Below are positions 59,901-64,000 of a stretch of DNA of 64,000 nucleotides, one piece after another. A program made the translations under genes and the position numbers. Under the pieces are notes generated by a model. The model did no database searches, had not been told where the DNA came from, and saw nothing but the letters and a program-made list of their open reading frames with translations. Source of the DNA: Alphaproteobacteria bacterium (GTDB lineage Bacteria > Pseudomonadota > Alphaproteobacteria > MPNO01); contig CBDBCV010000015.1 of the NCBI GenBank assembly GCA_965203455.1, positions 219,359 through 283,358 of the forward strand, read 5' to 3'. How positions within the stretch are numbered: the stretch's first letter is position 1; each line of letters starts with the position of its first letter.

Positions 59901-60033
59901 CGCGAAATCGGCCGGCAAGGGCGATGGATTCGACCGCGGCGGCGCGGATCGCCAAGGCGTTTCCCGCGACGCCGGCCATGAAAAGGCGGCCGAACCTAAG
60001 CAGAAGACGCCCGACTTCGACCTCGGGATGTAG
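56947..60033 (+). CDS. traA: Conjugative relaxase/helicase TraA (TrwC/TraI MOBF-type relaxase domain plus RecD-like helicase); extreme N-terminus possibly altered by the adjacent IS110
   Basis: Relaxase motifs YYAKDDG...AWAGRGAEALGL (motif I region), HTHAVVANM (3-His motif III), helicase Walker A GYAGTGKTT, and a long acidic/basic C-terminal tail. The conserved N-terminal segment before YYAKD is shorter than in TrwC homologues. Confidence 0.85.
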   Translation: MPVFTFATGPVPRGGGCYYAKDDGAHREASAWAGRGAEALGLSGPVDPEAFRRVLEGEVPRNGSGAGPGGRRLGRREPDGTVKHRPGRDVTLSAPKSVSLMAMVGGDERIVGAHDRAVMATLGWIEKNAVETRLRDPATGAMVRAGNQKTVAACFRHDTSRNLDPQLHTHAVVANMVQGEDARWRTMVDDGLFQGKMAIGAIYRAELAQGLTGLGYRVEKTHADGRFEIEGVSRAVIDAFSTRRAEIEAAMAERGMGVSKDNPHLAAKAALMTRAAKRDIDRGELTRSWQRQAKALGFSAAKVKTNACKAERGLPGPDLFAGPGYAAGDAAAWAVEHLSERHSVFGHAGLLAATLAREPGAVTVDAAERAIAALERGGSLHAARGLDHGRHWTTDAALARESETVALMRAGRGAEKTVMRRWVAETKLHRGRLNEGQKEAVKAILASTDRVLGVQGYAGTGKTTMLKRLRALGESRGYRTAGLAPSASAAKTLQNESGIRSETLQRYLARHDGIAQGRGSADGLRKLRAANARTMLVVDESSLASSAQMRNLLRIATALRLPRVVLVGDEKQLGAVEAGKPFAQLKATGMATAVMDDIVRQRDAELKAAVKASLTGDVKGAFVKLGGNIRQVEYGDLGLETARQWLDLPSGERERTGVIAPTRALRDEINAMIRAGLVAEGAVDGPARQGERLVSRDLTRAEMARASSYNIGDTVIFTRPYKTLGVEKGDERRVAGIDRRWGVLRLEDRQGNRTPWRPDRIAAAKGGVEVYRSEAMELRRGDRVRFTRNDPASGLANGETATVETVERNGVVFRLDDGKVVKLGDGDARLRHIDRAFAATVHAFQGRTVDRIFAAMPAENPRPVNQRAFYVAISRARDAAQLVTDDAWKLADRLERATGERLAALDATAKQAARETVFGRDAGRDGVGDPLTRASDAMDRGLEPDRQDRREPGRERDSSPGSDRDAGRRREREHRIGSETGKDRDAKSAGKGDGFDRGGADRQGVSRDAGHEKAAEPKQKTPDFDLGM

Positions 60034-60922
60034 CCTCCCGGCTCCGCTTCCGGCCAGCACGAGGACGGCGGCAACCCCGAAACGTCCGGCAAGGCGCGCG
60101 CGTTCAAGCCGCCGGTCTCGCCAAAACCGGGCGCCGGATCGCCAGCCGCCGCCACGCGGCGACGGGGATGCTCTGCCGTGTCCTGGAGCCGCCTGACGCC
60201 GCCTCCGGTATCTTGGGAAAGCGCGCAACCGATCGGTCGCGCTGTTGGAAATCCCCTGCCCGGAGAGTCCCGCAGGATTCGCACTGTAGGACGGAACAAA
60301 CACAGGAATTGTCCCGCCGAATCAAGGGCGTCATACCGCGCAACACGCCGGACCGCCGATCGGCATGCACGCTTTTCCATGACACGATTGTCGGCGTTTG
60401 GGGGCCCCAGCGCACCGCAGCGCACGCCAGTCCGCCCATGCCGCGTTCGCACCATGGTGCGGCAGGTATGTCCAGCTAACGGGCGTAAGCCCGTCCATGC
60501 GGGATCGGTGTTCAGCCATGATGCCGGGGCCTGTTATGCAGGGACGCTCCGATCGGCAAAGCCATCGCGGCGCTTGAGCGAGACGACCCGCCAACGATCC
60601 GTGAGCGCGTTCCGCGTCGCCTTCCTGACGGCAGAGGTAACGGAATGGCGGGCGGCAGGCAAACCGGCGAAGGCAGTTTTTATCTCGCGCGCCACGCTCG
60701 TCCGTTTGCTGCCGACAGATATGCGTCACCGGCCGTCAGGGCGCTGCGCCGAAGCCGTCTGCACATGTTGCCTCGCCGCACGAAGGGCTGAACGACGCGG
60801 TGGATCGCAAGACATCTGTCGGGCGTTTGGCCCTGTCGGGCCGGACGTGTTTCATTCAATATCGCACGATCCACCGAACGGGTTCCGACAAGTCGGGGCA
60901 CTGGCGACGAGAAAGCAAGTCG

Positions 60923-61324
60923 ATGCTGACCGAGAATGACGTTGTAAAGGCGGTAGCGAAGCACCTTCAGATGGGCGGCTGGCGCATTGAACACACGAGC
61001 AGCACCGGCGATCGCGGTCACGACATCTTGGCGACGAAAGGCGAGACGACGCTTGCGATCGAGGCAAAGGGTGGGACATCAAGCAAGCCCGGTACCAACC
61101 GTTACGGTAAGCCGTTCAATAGCTCCCAGAAACGCGCCCATGTCGCTGCCGCCCTCTACAAGGCTGTTGTCGTCTTCGGAACTGGCCGGTGCCGGCCGGG
61201 AATAGCCCTGCCATCGGATGACCGGCACCGGAAACTCATCAAGGAGATCGGACCCGCACTCAATGCGCTGCATGTGACGGTCTTTCTTGTCGATGACGAT
61301 TCGACCGTGCGAGAGTGGCCATGA
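60923..61324 (+). CDS. Small hypothetical protein with a PD-(D/E)xK-nuclease-like motif, in a lower-GC stretch
   Basis: 133 aa from MLTENDVVKAV...; pattern GHDILATKGETTLAIEAKGG resembles the D-x(n)-(D/E)xK core of Mrr/restriction-endonuclease-like folds. Local GC is about 55% against about 68% background. Confidence 0.4.
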   Translation: MLTENDVVKAVAKHLQMGGWRIEHTSSTGDRGHDILATKGETTLAIEAKGGTSSKPGTNRYGKPFNSSQKRAHVAAALYKAVVVFGTGRCRPGIALPSDDRHRKLIKEIGPALNALHVTVFLVDDDSTVREWP

Positions 61325-61414
61325 TCGCCGGAGTTCAGGAACAACGTAATGCTTCCGTTCTCGGGTGACGGCAGCGGCCGAACCGACGGTAAATCCGCAA
61401 TCTGTCTTGCCGCC

Positions 61415-62388
61415 TGAGGTGGCGTCGGTTTGTCGGACAGGCTGACGGCGTTTTCAAGGTGTATTCCGGTTGAAGTTTGTGCCGCCAGAATCCTCTTGGA
61501 TCGATCTTTCTGCTGCTGCTGTTGCGCCTGTGGGTATGTGGTCAAGGCGCGAAGCGGCTTGTCCATCATATCCACAGGCGTGTCGCCCCGGTAGGCCTCG
61601 GCCGGCGTCCGCCCGCCGAGTGCCGAGTGCGGTCTCTCGGTGTTGTAGAAGCCGATCCACTGGCCGATGACGCGCCGGGCTGCGAAGCCGTCGGCGATCT
61701 CGTGCAGGTAGACCGCCTCGTATTTGAGCGAGCGCCACAGCCGCTCGATGAAGATGTTGTCCATGCACCGGCCGCGGCCGTCCATCGAGATGCGGATACC
61801 GGCCTCCCGCAGGCGCGCGGTGAAGGCGAAGCCGGTGAACTGGCTGCCCTGGTCGGTGTTGAAGATCTGCGGGGTGCCATGGCGCGCCAGGGCTTCGTCG
61901 AGAGCCTCGACACAGAACCCCGCGTCCAGCGTGTTCGACAGCCGCCAGGCCAGGACGCAGCGGCTCGCCCAGTCCATGATCGCCACCAGGTAGAGGAAGC
62001 CGCGCCGCACCGGGATGTAGGTGATGTCGGCGCACCACACATGGTTCGGCCGCTCGATCGCCAGACCCCGCAGCAGATATGGATAAACCCGGTGCCCGAG
62101 GTGCGGCGCACTGGTCCGCGGCGCCCGATAGACCGCCTGAAGACCAAGCAGGCGCATCAGGCGAGCGGCCCGCCGCCGCCCGATCCGCACCCCCTCGCGG
62201 CGCAGATGCCGAACCATCTGGCGGGCGCCGTAGAACGGATACTTGAGGAACAGCGCGTCGATCCGGCGCATCAGAGCCAGCGTCTCCGCGCTCTCCCCCT
62301 TCGGCCGGTCATAGAGCGACGAGCGCCCGATCGACAGCAGACGGCATTGCCGGGTCAGGCTCAACGACGGGTGGCCCCGCACAACCAT
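61415..62388 (-). CDS. IS3 OrfB transposase (reads past the IS end to 61156 in the six-frame track)
   Basis: Identical OrfB body. The C-terminal extension ...PPQAARQIADLP... is flank-encoded. Confidence 0.8.
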
Positions 62389-62408
62389 CGCCCGTCTCCC
62401 GGACCGGC

Positions 62409-62696
62409 TCAGCGACCGGACCCGCGTGACAAAAAATCACGCTCTACGATCAACTCCCCGATCTTGGCGTGAAGAGCCCGGACCTCGCTCTCGTGATCCC
62501 GCGCCCGGCGCTCACCTCCACCGGAAAAGACCTCCCCCAGACCCTCCATCGCCTGGCGCTTCCACACACCCACCTGGTTCGGATGCACCTGGTGCTTCGA
62601 GGCAATCTCCTGAAGCGTCCGATCACCCCGTAGCGCCTCCAAGGCTATCTTCGCCTTCAGCTCCCCCGAAAACCTGCGTCGCTTGCTCATCCGCAT
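62409..62696 (-). CDS. IS3 OrfA
   Basis: Identical 95-aa protein. Confidence 0.85.
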   Translation of the reverse strand: MRMSKRRRFSGELKAKIALEALRGDRTLQEIASKHQVHPNQVGVWKRQAMEGLGEVFSGGGERRARDHESEVRALHAKIGELIVERDFLSRGSGR

Positions 62697-62882
62697 TCCT
62701 CCGTCACACGGCGGAATACACCTTGACGACCTGTCCGATTTTGCGACGCCACCTCAGCCGTCACCGCTGTCCCGGGCCTGTGGTCCCTCCATCACCCAAG
62801 AACGGAAGCATTACGGAACAACACCGTCCGGGTCGATCTGCATGACTGACCTCGCCAGGTTCGGGGGCATGCCGATGCCGTC

Positions 62883-64000
62883 TCACCCTGTGACTTGGAC
62901 GATTCTGGTGGCGATGCGATTGGCGGCGGACTTGACGGGGTCGTTGGCGAGGTGGGCGTAGCGTGCGGTGGTCTGGACCTTGTTGTGCCCGAGCAGCTTT
63001 CCGATCATGGGCAGGCCCTCGCCGACCAGCAGGCCGCCGCTGGCGAAGGAGTGACGCAGGTCGTGGATGCGAAGGTTCCCGATGCGGGCGCGCTTCAGGA
63101 CGCGGTACCAGGGGCCGTGCAGGAAGGCGAGATGGGCGCCCTGCTTCTGGCCGGGGATGACCCAGGGGCTGTCTTCGGCGCGCCGGATGCCGCGCAGCAC
63201 GGCGATGGCGGGCTCGCCCAGATGCACGATCTTCGCGCCGGTCTTGGAATCGGGCAAGCACAGTTCGCCCCGGTCGAGGTCGACATGCTCCCAGCGCAGG
63301 GAGAGGATTTCGCCGCTGCGGCACCCGGTCAGCATCAGCAGCCGGATGGCGGCGACCGCCGCCGGCGAGGCGAAGCCCTCGCGCTCGGCGTCGCGCAGGG
63401 CGGCGCCGAGGCGGCGGTACTCGTCGTCGGAGAGGAAGCGCTCGCGCTTGTGCTCGGGGTATTTCTTGACGAACCGGCACGGGTTGACGCCCTCGGGGCG
63501 CATCTCCCAGACCTCGGCCATGGTCAGCATCCGGGAGAGGACGCCGAGGGTCCGGTTGGCGTGGCCGGGCACGGCGCGCATGTCGTGATGCAGGGCGGCG
63601 GCGTCGGCCCGGCCGATGTCGGCGACCCGGCGCTTGCCGAGCCGGGGCAGGATGCGCTTGTTGACGATCTCGCGATAGAGCCTGGCGGTGCTTGGCTTGA
63701 GATGGTCGGGGGCATAGTCGTCCATGAAGCGCCTGGCGAGGTCGGCCATGGTGGGTCCGCCCGTCTTGCGGGGGATCTTCCCGTCGAGGTCGCGCCCGGT
63801 TTTGGCGAGGGTGACGATCTCCGCGGCGCGCGCCCGTGCGGCGGCCGGGGTGATGGGGCCGTGCGGCCCGATGGTGGTCTTGATGGCGCGGCCCTCGTGG
63901 CGGTACTTGACGATGTAGACCTTTCGTCCGGTGGGATGGACGCGGACGCCGAAGCCCTTGATGTCGTCGTCCCAGACGACCCTCTCGCGTTCGGCGGGGA
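62883..64000 (-). CDS. int: Tyrosine-type site-specific integrase (P4-like), 5' end beyond the window
   Basis: Catalytic domain with R...HxxR...Y context (LTGCRSGEI, HDLRHSFAS, TTARYAHL). The frame continues upstream of the listed Met through ...IKGFGVRVHPTGRKVYIVKYRHEGRAIKTTIGP... (P4-type N-terminal domain) to the window edge. Confidence 0.85.
   Translation of the reverse strand, partial: PAERERVVWDDDIKGFGVRVHPTGRKVYIVKYRHEGRAIKTTIGPHGPITPAAARARAAEIVTLAKTGRDLDGKIPRKTGGPTMADLARRFMDDYAPDHLKPSTARLYREIVNKRILPRLGKRRVADIGRADAAALHHDMRAVPGHANRTLGVLSRMLTMAEVWEMRPEGVNPCRFVKKYPEHKRERFLSDDEYRRLGAALRDAEREGFASPAAVAAIRLLMLTGCRSGEILSLRWEHVDLDRGELCLPDSKTGAKIVHLGEPAIAVLRGIRRAEDSPWVIPGQKQGAHLAFLHGPWYRVLKRARIGNLRIHDLRHSFASGGLLVGEGLPMIGKLLGHNKVQTTARYAHLANDPVKSAANRIATRIVQVTG

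Larger units (their letters stand above)
61415..62756 (-). mobile_element. IS3-family element copy c (1342 bp) with 3-bp TSD GCC, inserted between 26-bp inverted repeats
   Basis: Same termini as copies a and b. GCC at 61412..61414 and 62757..62759. Flanking inverted repeats GTAATGCTTCCGTTCTCGGGTGACGG (61349..61374) and CCATCACCCAAGAACGGAAGCATTAC (62795..62820). Confidence 0.85.

Overview
High-GC (about 68%) alphaproteobacterial chromosomal segment, heavily colonised by mobile DNA. Two conserved housekeeping blocks are intact. Block 1 (minus strand): RND/MMPL exporter plus LolA-like lipoprotein, holA, lptE, leuS, DUF3576 lipoprotein. Block 2: pckA, then chvI-chvG-hprK-rapZ-PTS EIIA-HPr, plus a 2OG oxygenase, a Rieske oxygenase and RidA. 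Between and around these sit at least 12 IS copies or fragments:
- IS66 family: a 5' copy A at the window start, a chimeric copy B, a 5' fragment C, and two complete 2645-bp copies D and E with 8-bp TSDs.
- Three IS3-family copies (1342 bp), one of them carrying a 200-bp left-end tandem duplication and nested inside an IS110 element.
- Two identical IS1182/IS5-like copies.
- One IS256-family element.
An identical group II intron (1861 bp, with RT/maturase) sits at exactly the same conserved codon of the IS66 tnpC gene in two different IS66 lineages, in inverted orientation. The intron-less copies D and E in the same window show the empty homing site. A giant adhesin gene (FN3 and cadherin-like repeats with an autotransporter-type beta-barrel) is broken by three IS insertions; a TbpB-like lipoprotein and a DUF2285 protein lie downstream of it. 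Two families of roughly 100-bp composite palindromic (REP/MITE-like) repeats are scattered in the intergenic regions. Toxin-antitoxin remnants are two HigA-like orphans, DinJ with a YafQ-like toxin inactivated by an opal codon at the conserved Trp, and a HicB-like gene. The last 11 kb look like part of an integrative/mobilisable element: a P4-type integrase (partial), IS3, a small PD-(D/E)xK-like gene, a TrwC-type relaxase whose 5' end abuts the IS110, and an Rpn nuclease. I found no rRNA, tRNA or CRISPR. Most long ORFs in the six-frame track are antisense GC-frame artefacts.
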